From positions 1 to 55,611 of the IMG/VR virus record IMGVR_UViG_3300035670_000261: a stretch of 55,611 nucleotides of DNA; one strand, written 5' to 3'. Under the pieces are notes generated by a model, which was given only the letters and a program-made list of their open reading frames with translations, was not told the DNA's origin and did not search any database. The stretch comes from a virus. Taxonomy: Duplodnaviria > Caudoviricetes. Position 1 is the first letter of the stretch; each line of letters starts with the position of its first letter. Positions 19,140 through 27,919 of the stretch are shown one piece after another. Made by a program: the position numbers and the translations under genes.

Positions 19140-20115
19140 CGTCGCCCATATCGTTTAGAAGGCCCATGATCTGGTCCTGCATGTCGGAAGCAGTCGTTGT
19201 GGGAGCGGCTGCCGGCTCCTTGTCTGCGCGCGGTTTGCGCCCGCGTGGAGCGGCTTCTGTCTTCGCCACTGGGTCACCCGCACCAAACCCACGAACGGCT
19301 TTGGCTGGTTGAGCAGGAGCGAATGCCGCCTCTTCTGATTGCGGGGCTACTGGTTTGGATGATTCACGCACCAGCAACGGCTTGGCTACCGTCACTTCTA
19401 CTGGCGGCTCGCCCTCTCCAGTAACCTCTTGCACCTCCGAGCTGCCGATCAGATTGTCAACAGCGTCAAGGGCTGCCTCGTCAAGAAACCCGCCGAACGA
19501 GAACGTAAGCTTGGGATATGATACATCCGTATCGAACGAGACACGCGTGCGTACAATCTCAGGCGGAATGCTGCGCATAAGCAATTCTTTGTGGTACTGG
19601 TTTAGCACCTTAAGCGAAGCTGGCGGAACGGTGAGCAGGTACACGGGTCCATCGGGGGCGTCAGCTGCAACCACGGCAAGGCGCTTGCTATCAGAACAAG
19701 CTTTGATCTTAGCACCTTGATCGCTGATCTTAGAGCCCCACTGGTTCTGCGGGCATAATGCACACACGTCGCTTTGCTTCTTAGGCGAGTCACCAGCTGG
19801 GCGAATACCATCCATAGAATAACAGTCAGGGCCGCTAGGTTCTACGTCTTGCGTCCACTTGGTTGCATACCAAGTCTTGCTGATGCCTGGGTTAGCCCCG
19901 ACAATAACCACATCAAGCATGTGGTTTGGCAATACGGTCTCTGTTCCGTTTTGAATAACGCGGAAGCGTGATCCCTTCAGCGAGATGCGAGGGAATGACG
20001 GACCTCCGTCCGACAAGCCGCCAGAGATAGATGTCGCCAGTGCAGACGGCTGACTCAATCGCTTCGCCAAATGGGCAGGAACTTGGACATTGGTAGGAAT
20101 TAGTGCACCAGACAT
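19132..20115 (-). CDS. Putative single-stranded DNA-binding / recombination protein
   Basis: Conserved Cys motifs (PDCYS, CALCPQN, KAC), low-complexity linker and acidic C-terminal tail; lies in the replication operon. Confidence 0.6.
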   Translation of the reverse strand: MSGALIPTNVQVPAHLAKRLSQPSALATSISGGLSDGGPSFPRISLKGSRFRVIQNGTETVLPNHMLDVVIVGANPGISKTWYATKWTQDVEPSGPDCYSMDGIRPAGDSPKKQSDVCALCPQNQWGSKISDQGAKIKACSDSKRLAVVAADAPDGPVYLLTVPPASLKVLNQYHKELLMRSIPPEIVRTRVSFDTDVSYPKLTFSFGGFLDEAALDAVDNLIGSSEVQEVTGEGEPPVEVTVAKPLLVRESSKPVAPQSEEAAFAPAQPAKAVRGFGAGDPVAKTEAAPRGRKPRADKEPAAAPTTTASDMQDQIMGLLNDMGDDD

Positions 20116-20124
20116 AGTATCTCC

Positions 20125-20523
20125 TTAAACGCTAGCGCTTGGTTTGCGGAAGCCGACACCAATTTTGGTGCCGTAATTAACCCCCGGCGGAATCACACCT
20201 TCGTCGATGTAGTTCCTAACTGCTATCTTGTTTACTCGGCGCTCCAGCATATGAAACGCTTCGTGTTCTTTGATGAATGTGAGAACTTCTTCCCAGTCCG
20301 CAACAGTCGCCATATCTGTCGTAGTCTTGTATGCCGTACCGTGTGCAGTCTTATAGCTATCCACACCTTCATCTTGCATATGCTTTAGAATCCAGCTTTC
20401 GAGTAGCTCCATCTTGGTTTTGATATCAGCCACTTTTTGCTTGGCTTCGTTCTCGATAATCTCTTTCTTCGTGCGTAGCTTCATATAGCCAGCGACGACA
20501 TCATCTATCTTTGGTTCGCTCAT
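20125..20523 (-). CDS. Conserved replication-module protein (coiled coil)
   Basis: AAGGAG-linked operon position; helical N-terminus; DWEEV...LERRV...PPGV pattern. Confidence 0.65.
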   Translation of the reverse strand: MSEPKIDDVVAGYMKLRTKKEIIENEAKQKVADIKTKMELLESWILKHMQDEGVDSYKTAHGTAYKTTTDMATVADWEEVLTFIKEHEAFHMLERRVNKIAVRNYIDEGVIPPGVNYGTKIGVGFRKPSASV

Positions 20524-22065
20524 TTATGTTCCCTCTAGCATATCAAGCAATATGCCTTGTAGTTTTTGTTTGTCTTTTAGCCTGCTGAATATCTTCCCCT
20601 CTATGCTTGTAGCTTCGATGTGAATCACCGAAGTCTTGTGCTTCTTACCGATACGTTCGACGCGACCGTTTGCTTGCGTGTACTGTTCGTTCGACGTGAT
20701 CGGACCGTACCAGATAATGGAATAGGCTGACGTGAGTGTCAAGCCATGAGCCATAGTCGCAGGGTGCGCCAACAATACTTGCGGGTCTTTGTCGTGCTGG
20801 AACGCGCGGAATATTTCGTTGCGCTTGGATGCAGAGACTGCGCCGTTGACTACGCCAATTGTATAGTGCTTGGATAGCTCGCGCTCCAGCATATGAAGCG
20901 TGCCGGTTAGCGGCACAAACACAATGACTTTGCCGCCTGCTTCCTCGATTAGATCGACTGTTAGATTAACGCGCGGTGCACAATCAAGTTCGACCATATT
21001 ACCTGTATTATCATAGGCGACACCGCATGCGATCTGAATAAGTTTCTGTAACTTAACAGCTTCATTCGCTGCTGTGATCTGCCCGCTTCCGGCCTCGACG
21101 ATCAAATGCTTGACCATGTTTTTCCAAGCCGTCTCTTGATCTGGCGATAGCTTGGTTGTTCTGGTTTGGTAGGTCGTATCTGGTAGGTCTAAACACTCGT
21201 CTCTTGTAAATCTTATAGCCGGCTGCAATACATTCATTACTATTTCGGGCGAGCTAGGGCGTGGTACCCATCGATACTGGCCGAGCTTCATCATCACCTT
21301 ATCTTTGAAACCGGTGTATGTAGAATCCAGTGTCGGGCTATCGACTAGTTTCGCCAGCGACCATGCATCCGTCGGCTCGTTGGGTGTCGGTGTACCAGTC
21401 ATAAGCCATAGCCTACAGTCTGGGTTTTCCGTCATATACTTGCGTACGTTTTTAAACCGCGTCGTGCTTGGGTTGCGTAGCACTGCAGCTTCGTCAACGA
21501 TTACGAGATCAAACATCCCACTGGCTTCTTCTCGTATGATCGGAAACCCGTCGTGATTGATTATGTAGAAGTCTACGTCTGTTTTCAGAAGCGATAGCCT
21601 GCGTTTAGCAGAGCCGTGTAGTGTAACAGCTTTACGCCCAACAAACTCGGTGAAGATGCTGTCAGCCCACACGCGTTCAAGCGTAGACAAAGGCGACATA
21701 ATAAGCACTTTGCGAATTTGCTTGGTGCGAATCAGATAGTCTGCGGCCCAAAGCGCACTATTGGTTTTGCCGGTGCCGATATCGTTAAGCACCAGAGCTT
21801 TCTTATTCATAGTAAGAAAGGCCGCCGTTAGTCTTTGGTGTTCGTACGGTGTAAATCTGCCCGGCCAATTATAGTAATGTAGTATCGGAGCCGGAGCTGG
21901 AATTCCTAGGTTACGTAGAACTTTTACTTCGTCGTTCTTGTGGGGCACAGCAACCAGGTTATGCCCGTTTAGATCAAGCCGCTTTGCTGTCGGTATGCTT
22001 GATAGTATTTTGTCTGGGTCGCTAAGCCTCAGCACCAGGGCTTTCTTGTCCTCGACGACTATCAA
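20524..22065 (-). CDS. SNF2-family (SF2) helicase
   Basis: DIGTGKT, DEAA, MTGTP, HGLTLT and QANGRVERIG motifs. Confidence 0.9.
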   Translation of the reverse strand: MIVVEDKKALVLRLSDPDKILSSIPTAKRLDLNGHNLVAVPHKNDEVKVLRNLGIPAPAPILHYYNWPGRFTPYEHQRLTAAFLTMNKKALVLNDIGTGKTNSALWAADYLIRTKQIRKVLIMSPLSTLERVWADSIFTEFVGRKAVTLHGSAKRRLSLLKTDVDFYIINHDGFPIIREEASGMFDLVIVDEAAVLRNPSTTRFKNVRKYMTENPDCRLWLMTGTPTPNEPTDAWSLAKLVDSPTLDSTYTGFKDKVMMKLGQYRWVPRPSSPEIVMNVLQPAIRFTRDECLDLPDTTYQTRTTKLSPDQETAWKNMVKHLIVEAGSGQITAANEAVKLQKLIQIACGVAYDNTGNMVELDCAPRVNLTVDLIEEAGGKVIVFVPLTGTLHMLERELSKHYTIGVVNGAVSASKRNEIFRAFQHDKDPQVLLAHPATMAHGLTLTSAYSIIWYGPITSNEQYTQANGRVERIGKKHKTSVIHIEATSIEGKIFSRLKDKQKLQGILLDMLEGT

Positions 22066-22348
22066 TGTAATCCCTCACACTTGTTATAGTTTGTTCGTCG
22101 TATACTAAAAAGTATACGCCGCCTGCTTCCTCGATTTGTTTACGGCGCAACTTCTGTAACTCAGTCATTGGCCGCTTGGCATCGGATTTACATTCGACGC
22201 CAACAAATGTACCGCATACAATAAGTATGCGATCCGGTATTCCACTCACACCATACGGACCGGCCTGTGGCGAAAAGAACCACACGCCTCTGTCGCGAAG
22301 CATACGATCAAGCGCTTGCTTGATCTTACCTTCGGGTGTCGATGCCAT
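22022..22348 (-). CDS. VRR-NUC endonuclease
   Basis: TPEGKIK...GIPD...GVECK...TELQ. Confidence 0.85.
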   Translation of the reverse strand: MASTPEGKIKQALDRMLRDRGVWFFSPQAGPYGVSGIPDRILIVCGTFVGVECKSDAKRPMTELQKLRRKQIEEAGGVYFLVYDEQTITSVRDYIDSRRGQESPGAEA

Positions 22349-22374
22349 TTTATATCACTCCGTAAGTGGAATAG

Positions 22375-22563
22375 TCAACGCCGTTCTGTGACTTTATCGG
22401 TGACGATTCGCTCGACTTCAACTATGCGAAACTTGTGGTCGTCTAGTTCATTGCGATAGATAGCCAATAACCTTCTGGCGTCGTCAATCGTCGAACAATA
22501 CCAAGACATACGAGTGTATACTCTAGCGTCTGGTCCTTTGAATTCTAGAAAGAACATATCCAT
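22375..22563 (-). CDS. Hypothetical protein (62 aa)
   Basis: ORF fills the operon gap; start uncertain. Confidence 0.5.
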   Translation of the reverse strand: MDMFFLEFKGPDARVYTRMSWYCSTIDDARRLLAIYRNELDDHKFRIVEVERIVTDKVTERR

Positions 22564-22569
22564 ACTCCA

Positions 22570-22683
22570 TCATCGGAAGTATTTGAGGAACTTGCGCTTG
22601 CGGGTTTGATGTTCAAAGATAGCGGGGCGGCCTGCCACACGATTGCGTAGCCAAAATTCGCCGGAGCGCCTATGCCACCACAT
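22570..22683 (-). CDS. Possible 37-aa basic peptide MWWHRRSGEFWLRN...
   Basis: Hand translation; fills the gap between the nuclease and the next ORF. Confidence 0.4.
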   Translation of the reverse strand: MWWHRRSGEFWLRNRVAGRPAIFEHQTRKRKFLKYFR

Positions 22684-22687
22684 GGCA

Positions 22688-23350
22688 CTATCTCTTAAGA
22701 GCGAACGCGCAATTAGATTTGGCCGGACAGTAGTTGCACAATCCGCTCGGACGTGGCGGCCATATATCTTCGTACACTGCGTCTTCGATGCGCTTGGTCC
22801 TGTCGGTTATATTACGTAGCAGGTCCGCAAACTGACTGCGCCTATATACCTCTGCATCAATAGCGCCGTCCTTGAGCCACACAAATGACGTGCTGACTAT
22901 GCGCAGCTCCGGATTGTGAATGAAAGCCTGGACTGCTGATATCTCTAGCTGAAAGAAATCCGGTTTACGCTTGCCGGTTTTCCAATCCATAATGACTGCT
23001 TTGTGTCCGATGGAAACATATATATCTAGCTTAGACCTAAGCCATGCATCGTCGGACCACCATCCTGTCGGCTGTAAGTCCCAGTTCAGGACCATCTCTT
23101 TCTCGGCCTCGACCTTACCACCCATAGACTCAACTGCACGGCACAAAAGCTCATGCTTCTCTAGTTCAGGGGGTAGCGGAGTGCCTTCTTTGATCCTGTC
23201 TTCTAGCGCTTTGTGTACACGCTCGCCATGCTTACTCGCCTCGCCTCCCTCATCCTTAACTTCCTTCGTGATGCGCTGCTTGTAATACCTAAGCGGGCAG
23301 TTCTCGAATAGTTTAATAGATGAATAGGAGTGAGTGAGTGTGTGAGTCAC
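22688..23350 (-). CDS. PD-(D/E)XK Cas4/RecB-like exonuclease
   Basis: SYSS...CP, LD...DWKTGK and C-terminal CNYCPAKSNC (1+3 Cys). Confidence 0.85.
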   Translation of the reverse strand: MTHTLTHSYSSIKLFENCPLRYYKQRITKEVKDEGGEASKHGERVHKALEDRIKEGTPLPPELEKHELLCRAVESMGGKVEAEKEMVLNWDLQPTGWWSDDAWLRSKLDIYVSIGHKAVIMDWKTGKRKPDFFQLEISAVQAFIHNPELRIVSTSFVWLKDGAIDAEVYRRSQFADLLRNITDRTKRIEDAVYEDIWPPRPSGLCNYCPAKSNCAFALKR

Positions 23351-25167
23351 TTGGCGTCTCCGTAGCTTTTGCCTACGCCGAACTCACAGGACAATGGCAA
23401 ATCACTAGCCCATGCTGGCGGCGTGGACATAATACCAGTTATAAACTTACGCGCCACATCTTCTTGCCCCTCATTTATAATACCCACAATTTCATCATGG
23501 ACTTGTAGAGGAACGTGGTGCCTCACCCCTACCTTAACCATCTGATCGGCGATGATAGCCCTAGCCAGGGCTTGGACTACGTTTTCTGTCAGCTTACCGC
23601 CGTAGATTTTGACTGGCGTCTTGCGGTCCATGAAAGACATACCGTCCGTGGTCATAGCCAGTTCGGGGTAGATCAGTGGAGTGTTGTTAGGCAAAATTAG
23701 CCTATTGCCAGCGTAAGACACCGCCCCCTCTATAAGCTCGCCTGAATTGCCGGCTGCCATGTCCTTCAGAACATGGTCACAGCGCCGCCAGAACGCCTCT
23801 ATACGATGGTTCTTAGTTCTGTAGATGTGCACGATGCGCTTAACCTCGGCGTCGTCCAGCTGGACTCTAATGCCGCCTGCGCCTAATGCCAGTGATTGCT
23901 GGAGCCTAGCCGGCCCCATGCCATAGCCTAATCCTAGGATACACGTTTTGCCAACGAAACGTTCGGTCTTATCTTGCTTGGATATGGGCCTGCCGTAGAC
24001 CTCCGAAGCAAACTCAGAGTACACATCCCTACCCTCCCGAAAAGCTTGGACTAGGTCGTCCTGACCCGAGACCCAAGCCACCAACCTCGCCTCGATCTGC
24101 GCGCTATCGCACGTAGCCACAAGCTTTCCGGGGGGAGCCCGCAGTGCACGCCTTAGTGCACCGCCCCTTGGTAGATTCTGTAGGTTCATACCATCGCCGC
24201 CTGAGAAGCGGCCTGTATGTGCGCCCCAGTAGTTAAGCAGAATAGGTAAGCGGCCCCGCTCTGCTACCGCTATGAACTTCTGTGTACGGGTTTCTTCTAG
24301 TGTTGATTTAACGCCAAGTCTAGCGGAGACAAGAGCTTGAACCCCTTTATGAGGATGCTCTTGCAGCGCAAGGAATTCTTTATCTGTCTTGGAGAAAGCC
24401 CAAGTTTCTTTTCCAGTTGTCTTGGATATCTTTCGAGGGGGGTCGACTCCAAGCTTAGTCAACAAGCTACCAAACAACTCGTTTGACATAAGCTGTTTGG
24501 TAAGCTCCTCGTCGCTGACCTTGCCTCCGGTCAGTGCGTTAAGCAGCTTTTGTTTCTTGTCCTGCACCTGTTGTAGGTGCGTGGATAGCACGTCTTTATC
24601 CAGATCAAAGGCCGGCTCTGTAAACATACGGATAGTTTGGTCAATGACCTTGATCTCCGCCGCCGTTGTTTTTCTAGCAAGCTTCTTGAATAGTTTGTAC
24701 GTGATCTCAGTATCTCTCGCACAATAGTCCGAGTATCGTGCTAGTTCTTCGGGTGAGAAGTCAGTCCGACGCTTATCTAATCCAGCGATAATCTCTGTGC
24801 CCTTCTCTGGCAGGCCGTATTCTTTAGCGAGCGCAGCGAGCGACACGCCGCATGTTCTGGCATGATAAGGCCGCGCCATCGACATAGTATCCAGCCAAAG
24901 CTTAGGCTTGATACCGTACTTCCAAGACAGAATAGCGCCATCGAATGCTGTATTATGGCAGAGAATAGCCTTGTCCTTATAGGACATGCTGTTCAAAAAC
25001 CCGCCAGGGTCCGAACCAGAATACCAATCGATGGGATTATCATCGACCTTGATGCATACACCGATGACCTCGAAACGTGGGTCACGTATGTACTCTTCTG
25101 TGGTCAGCCCGCGAAGGCTGTACTCCTTCGAATAATATGTCTCAAAGTCTATAGTTACTACTTCCAT
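23347..25167 (-). CDS. polA: Family A DNA polymerase with 3'-5' exonuclease
   Basis: DFET, HNTAFD, YCARD exonuclease motifs; DSAQIEAR, KTCILGLGYG and VHDE polymerase motifs. Confidence 0.95.
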   Translation of the reverse strand: MEVVTIDFETYYSKEYSLRGLTTEEYIRDPRFEVIGVCIKVDDNPIDWYSGSDPGGFLNSMSYKDKAILCHNTAFDGAILSWKYGIKPKLWLDTMSMARPYHARTCGVSLAALAKEYGLPEKGTEIIAGLDKRRTDFSPEELARYSDYCARDTEITYKLFKKLARKTTAAEIKVIDQTIRMFTEPAFDLDKDVLSTHLQQVQDKKQKLLNALTGGKVSDEELTKQLMSNELFGSLLTKLGVDPPRKISKTTGKETWAFSKTDKEFLALQEHPHKGVQALVSARLGVKSTLEETRTQKFIAVAERGRLPILLNYWGAHTGRFSGGDGMNLQNLPRGGALRRALRAPPGKLVATCDSAQIEARLVAWVSGQDDLVQAFREGRDVYSEFASEVYGRPISKQDKTERFVGKTCILGLGYGMGPARLQQSLALGAGGIRVQLDDAEVKRIVHIYRTKNHRIEAFWRRCDHVLKDMAAGNSGELIEGAVSYAGNRLILPNNTPLIYPELAMTTDGMSFMDRKTPVKIYGGKLTENVVQALARAIIADQMVKVGVRHHVPLQVHDEIVGIINEGQEDVARKFITGIMSTPPAWASDLPLSCEFGVGKSYGDAK

Positions 25168-25262
25168 AGGAAGCTCACCAATTCTATGATTAGAAACCAG
25201 AGATATACTGATACTATGAGCGCGAACAAAAACACTTCCAGATAGGTGGGTTTGTACTTCAT
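25158..25262 (-). CDS. 34-aa single-pass membrane peptide MKYKPTYLEVFLFALIVSVYLWFLIIELVSFLWK
   Basis: Hand translation; GGGAG RBS; overlaps the polA start. Confidence 0.5.
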   Translation of the reverse strand: MKYKPTYLEVFLFALIVSVYLWFLIIELVSFLWK

Positions 25263-25293
25263 CGCTTACTCCCCTTTAGTTTTGTAATAGGCT

Positions 25294-25536
25294 TCATGGA
25301 AGCGCCGCGCGCACCCCAGCATCCTTCGCCTCTAAAAGCTTGCGCAACGCCACCGTTCGCTCGGCATTGCGAGGCGTGGTGTCGATAATGTATCGCGCAA
25401 GATCGCAGAACGGCTTGGAGCGCGCCTGTAGGCCTGGCGGGAGATGCGCGTAGTGAAAGAACCGCAAAATAGCGTCCTGCGCAATTTCGTCGGCAGTGAA
25501 CTCTTGCGGAGCCGGGTGGATTTCGTTGTTGCTCAT
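25294..25536 (-). CDS. Small helical-hairpin protein; candidate Acb2/Tad1-like nucleotide sponge
   Basis: GGAGG RBS; FFHYAHLP...LA......P...E...ALRKLLEAKD..VRA pattern; function inferred. Confidence 0.6.
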   Translation of the reverse strand: MSNNEIHPAPQEFTADEIAQDAILRFFHYAHLPPGLQARSKPFCDLARYIIDTTPRNAERTVALRKLLEAKDAGVRAALP

Positions 25537-25826
25537 GCTGTTCCTCCATGTTGTAGGCGCGCGGAAATGCGCGCCTCTATCTCGCGCAACATTGCGCGGA
25601 CATCCGTCTTGTCTGAATTGCTGATGTAGTTAAATCGGCCGGGAGCCGGCCCATCGTGCTGCATGTCGTAAACAGCAAGGAAGAACCCGACCTGTTTGCC
25701 AGGCGACTGCGCCGCCGCCCCGCCCACGCCGTTCAGCAACTCGTCTAACGCTGACGCCAGCTCATTCATCATCGCGCGGTATTTTTCCTGAACAGGTCCA
25801 GGTTGCGCGCTAAGGTCGTCGAGCAT
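25533..25826 (-). CDS. Conserved phage hypothetical protein (97 aa)
   Basis: GFFLAVY...RFNYISN motif; TGATG coupling to the upstream remnant. Confidence 0.65.
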   Translation of the reverse strand: MLDDLSAQPGPVQEKYRAMMNELASALDELLNGVGGAAAQSPGKQVGFFLAVYDMQHDGPAPGRFNYISNSDKTDVRAMLREIEARISARLQHGGTA

Positions 25827-25919
25827 CAGATGAACCCTTTCTCTTTCGCCAACCACTCAGGCAGCGTCAAAATTCCATCAGCCAACTCAGCCTGCGACTT
25901 TGGCCTCGTCGTCGGTCAT
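25826..25919 (-). pseudogene. Gene remnant: ATG-MTDDE fused out of frame to a startless PKSQAELADGILTLPEWLAKEKGFI* tail
   Basis: Hand translation; the tail resembles the C-terminus of a small phage protein family. Confidence 0.55.
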
Positions 25920-26104
25920 GTCACTCCCCTAGTGTTATCTCTTAGTCTTGCGTACTTATCTAATAGATAGAACGTCTGCTCTATCCACTCAGATAGTTCC
26001 TCATCTTCTCCATCAATGATGGACTCGATAGCATCCGCTATAGTACAGGCGTCGTCCAGTTTCCTGGCCACACGGCGGTATTTATTTTTTAGTTCGGCGG
26101 ACAT
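25916..26104 (-). CDS. Hypothetical protein (62 aa)
   Basis: Tightly packed minus-strand operon; AAGGTGG RBS. Confidence 0.6.
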   Translation of the reverse strand: MSAELKNKYRRVARKLDDACTIADAIESIIDGEDEELSEWIEQTFYLLDKYARLRDNTRGVT

Positions 26105-26273
26105 TGGCCACCTTTAGCAATGTCATTGGGACACTAACTGTTTGCAGCACTCCATTGCCGTCGATATACCAGATGGTTGCTTTGGTCCCGCGTACGCTCT
26201 GTACCCACACTGTAGGGCTTCGTGGAAGCGCGAGCTTGGCGCTTGACCCAGCTTTAATCGATTGTTTTTTCAT
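26082..26273 (-). CDS. Hypothetical protein (63 aa)
   Basis: AAGGA RBS; overlaps neighbouring genes. Confidence 0.55.
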   Translation of the reverse strand: MKKQSIKAGSSAKLALPRSPTVWVQSVRGTKATIWYIDGNGVLQTVSVPMTLLKVANVRRTKK

Positions 26274-26520
26274 CGTGTAGTTCCTTTATTTCACCGTCGA
26301 TAATAGCAAAGTACCTGACGCGATCAGGATTCTGCAGTGATACAATCTTCACATCGATATGACAGAAGAACCTATGCTTGATCGCATCAGGGTTATCTTG
26401 TACGAACCACATGCCGGCGCGCTTAGCAATATCGATTATGTTTTGGTCATACATAATGCTTAGCGGTGCTTTAGAGAAAGGCCACTCATAATTGGCTTTA
26501 GTCCATACCCAATAGCTCAT
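26254..26520 (-). CDS. Hypothetical protein (88 aa)
   Basis: ATGA overlap with the glycosylase stop. Confidence 0.55.
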   Translation of the reverse strand: MSYWVWTKANYEWPFSKAPLSIMYDQNIIDIAKRAGMWFVQDNPDAIKHRFFCHIDVKIVSLQNPDRVRYFAIIDGEIKELHDEKTID

Positions 26521-27008
26521 GGTGCTGCCCATTTAGGTGGCCCCCTTCTAGTCCATGTCGGATAGCGTATATCAGTCTCGATCCACTTATCGAGCATATA
26601 AAATCTATATGCCGCGCACACGTCATCCATCGATTTGTAAGGCGTGCAGTTGGCGAATTCAGTTTGCGCAGCGAGCGGGAAGTGCGGTTCAAGTTCCCAT
26701 CCCATTTCGGTGCATACTTCAATCACATCCCTGGACTTGTGCTGTTTGCCATAGCGGAAGCTGTACTCATCGCACAGCGCAACGCCATGCACGGCAAGCC
26801 ATATGTAATTGTGTGGGCTGGTCCTAGCCCATACGGTGCAGGGATGGTTCTTATGCGTCGGCTTGTAGATGCCGCTGAATGTGTAGTTGAAATGGTCGAC
26901 TGTAGTACATAGAAGCTGCGCAGTCTCAAGGATCATCTTGACTACGCGCTTGTCGTCAAGCGCTTGTGCTGACGCTATCGGACAGATCGTCGTTGCGAAT
27001 ATGTTCAT
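26517..27008 (-). CDS. Pyrimidine-dimer DNA glycosylase / endonuclease V-like protein
   Basis: MNIF...DKRVVKMILETAQLL...YKPTHKNHPCTVW...EY..RYGK.H; GGAG RBS. Confidence 0.8.
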   Translation of the reverse strand: MNIFATTICPIASAQALDDKRVVKMILETAQLLCTTVDHFNYTFSGIYKPTHKNHPCTVWARTSPHNYIWLAVHGVALCDEYSFRYGKQHKSRDVIEVCTEMGWELEPHFPLAAQTEFANCTPYKSMDDVCAAYRFYMLDKWIETDIRYPTWTRRGPPKWAAP

Positions 27009-27225
27009 CGTTCTCCTCCGAGACATCGAATAAGTTAAGCTCATTAGCTCCGAGCCTACCTTGGCCTACATACTGAATAACAACTTGGCTAGGGTCAAGC
27101 CCCGTCCAATCTTCCTTTGCCAGGATTATAGCCTCGCTCACGCTAGCTGCGACCACTTGCGTGATGAGTACATGACCATTGTATCTTCCTAGCACTACGT
27201 AGCTTGGCCTACGTATACGCGCCAT
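26956..27225 (-). CDS. Hypothetical protein (89 aa)
   Basis: AGGAGG RBS. Confidence 0.6.
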   Translation of the reverse strand: MARIRRPSYVVLGRYNGHVLITQVVAASVSEAIILAKEDWTGLDPSQVVIQYVGQGRLGANELNLFDVSEENDEHIRNDDLSDSVSTSA

Positions 27226-27234
27226 AACAACCTC

Positions 27235-27489
27235 CTAGTGATCTACTCCGCACGAACCGACTATTTTGTAGCCGAGTTTGTTTATGATTGCTCGCACGTC
27301 ATCGCGTGCAGTGAACAATACGATTTGCGCCTGCTCCGCCGCTGCTCTTATAGAAGAGTAAGTATCAGCCAGTTCTGCATTATGGCCATTGTCTTCTATG
27401 TATTCATTAGCAGTCTCTATCATGGATATGAGGCAGTTATCAGCGGCATTCATAGCCGCCAGTAAATCCAACGCATACTTATCAGTCAT
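27235..27489 (-). CDS. Hypothetical protein (84 aa)
   Basis: Overlaps the upstream stop; helical, acidic. Confidence 0.6.
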   Translation of the reverse strand: MTDKYALDLLAAMNAADNCLISMIETANEYIEDNGHNAELADTYSSIRAAAEQAQIVLFTARDDVRAIINKLGYKIVGSCGVDH

Positions 27490-27919
27490 CTTCTAGCTCC
27501 GTTATAGACATCGACTGCACACCTAGACCGCATGTAGTGCAGTACTTATTAGCGGCCTCAACTGCGGCGCGCGCATCAGCCCCGACAGCCAAAGCGCCAT
27601 AGGCAAAGTCCCTTCCGGTGCCTAATGCGATTGCATTAAAGCCGTGTTCTACAGGCCCGTCCGCAAGAGAGTACCTAGTCAGTCCGGTACTTTTGCGCAC
27701 AACAATAAATTGCCCCTGCGCGTATCCTTGTGGAAACTTGGAATAGTCAGCTCCGTTTTCGTACCATCTACGCAAGCCGGCAACTAAGCTAAGCGGGCCG
27801 ATGCCAGCGTAAATGGCGTTGTCCTTCTTCCATATCTTATTCACTGGAGTGAGCGTGCGGCCATCATTACTGGCGAGATCAGTAGCCAGCGTTACACCAT
27901 CCCAAACTAGAACGCTCAT
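27482..27919 (-). CDS. Ntn-hydrolase, HslV/proteasome-beta-like protein
   Basis: N-terminal (M)SVLVWDGVTLATD, K in VNKI, AGIG, ALGTGRDFAYGAL...A..AVE.A. Confidence 0.65.
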   Translation of the reverse strand: MSVLVWDGVTLATDLASNDGRTLTPVNKIWKKDNAIYAGIGPLSLVAGLRRWYENGADYSKFPQGYAQGQFIVVRKSTGLTRYSLADGPVEHGFNAIALGTGRDFAYGALAVGADARAAVEAANKYCTTCGLGVQSMSITELEDD

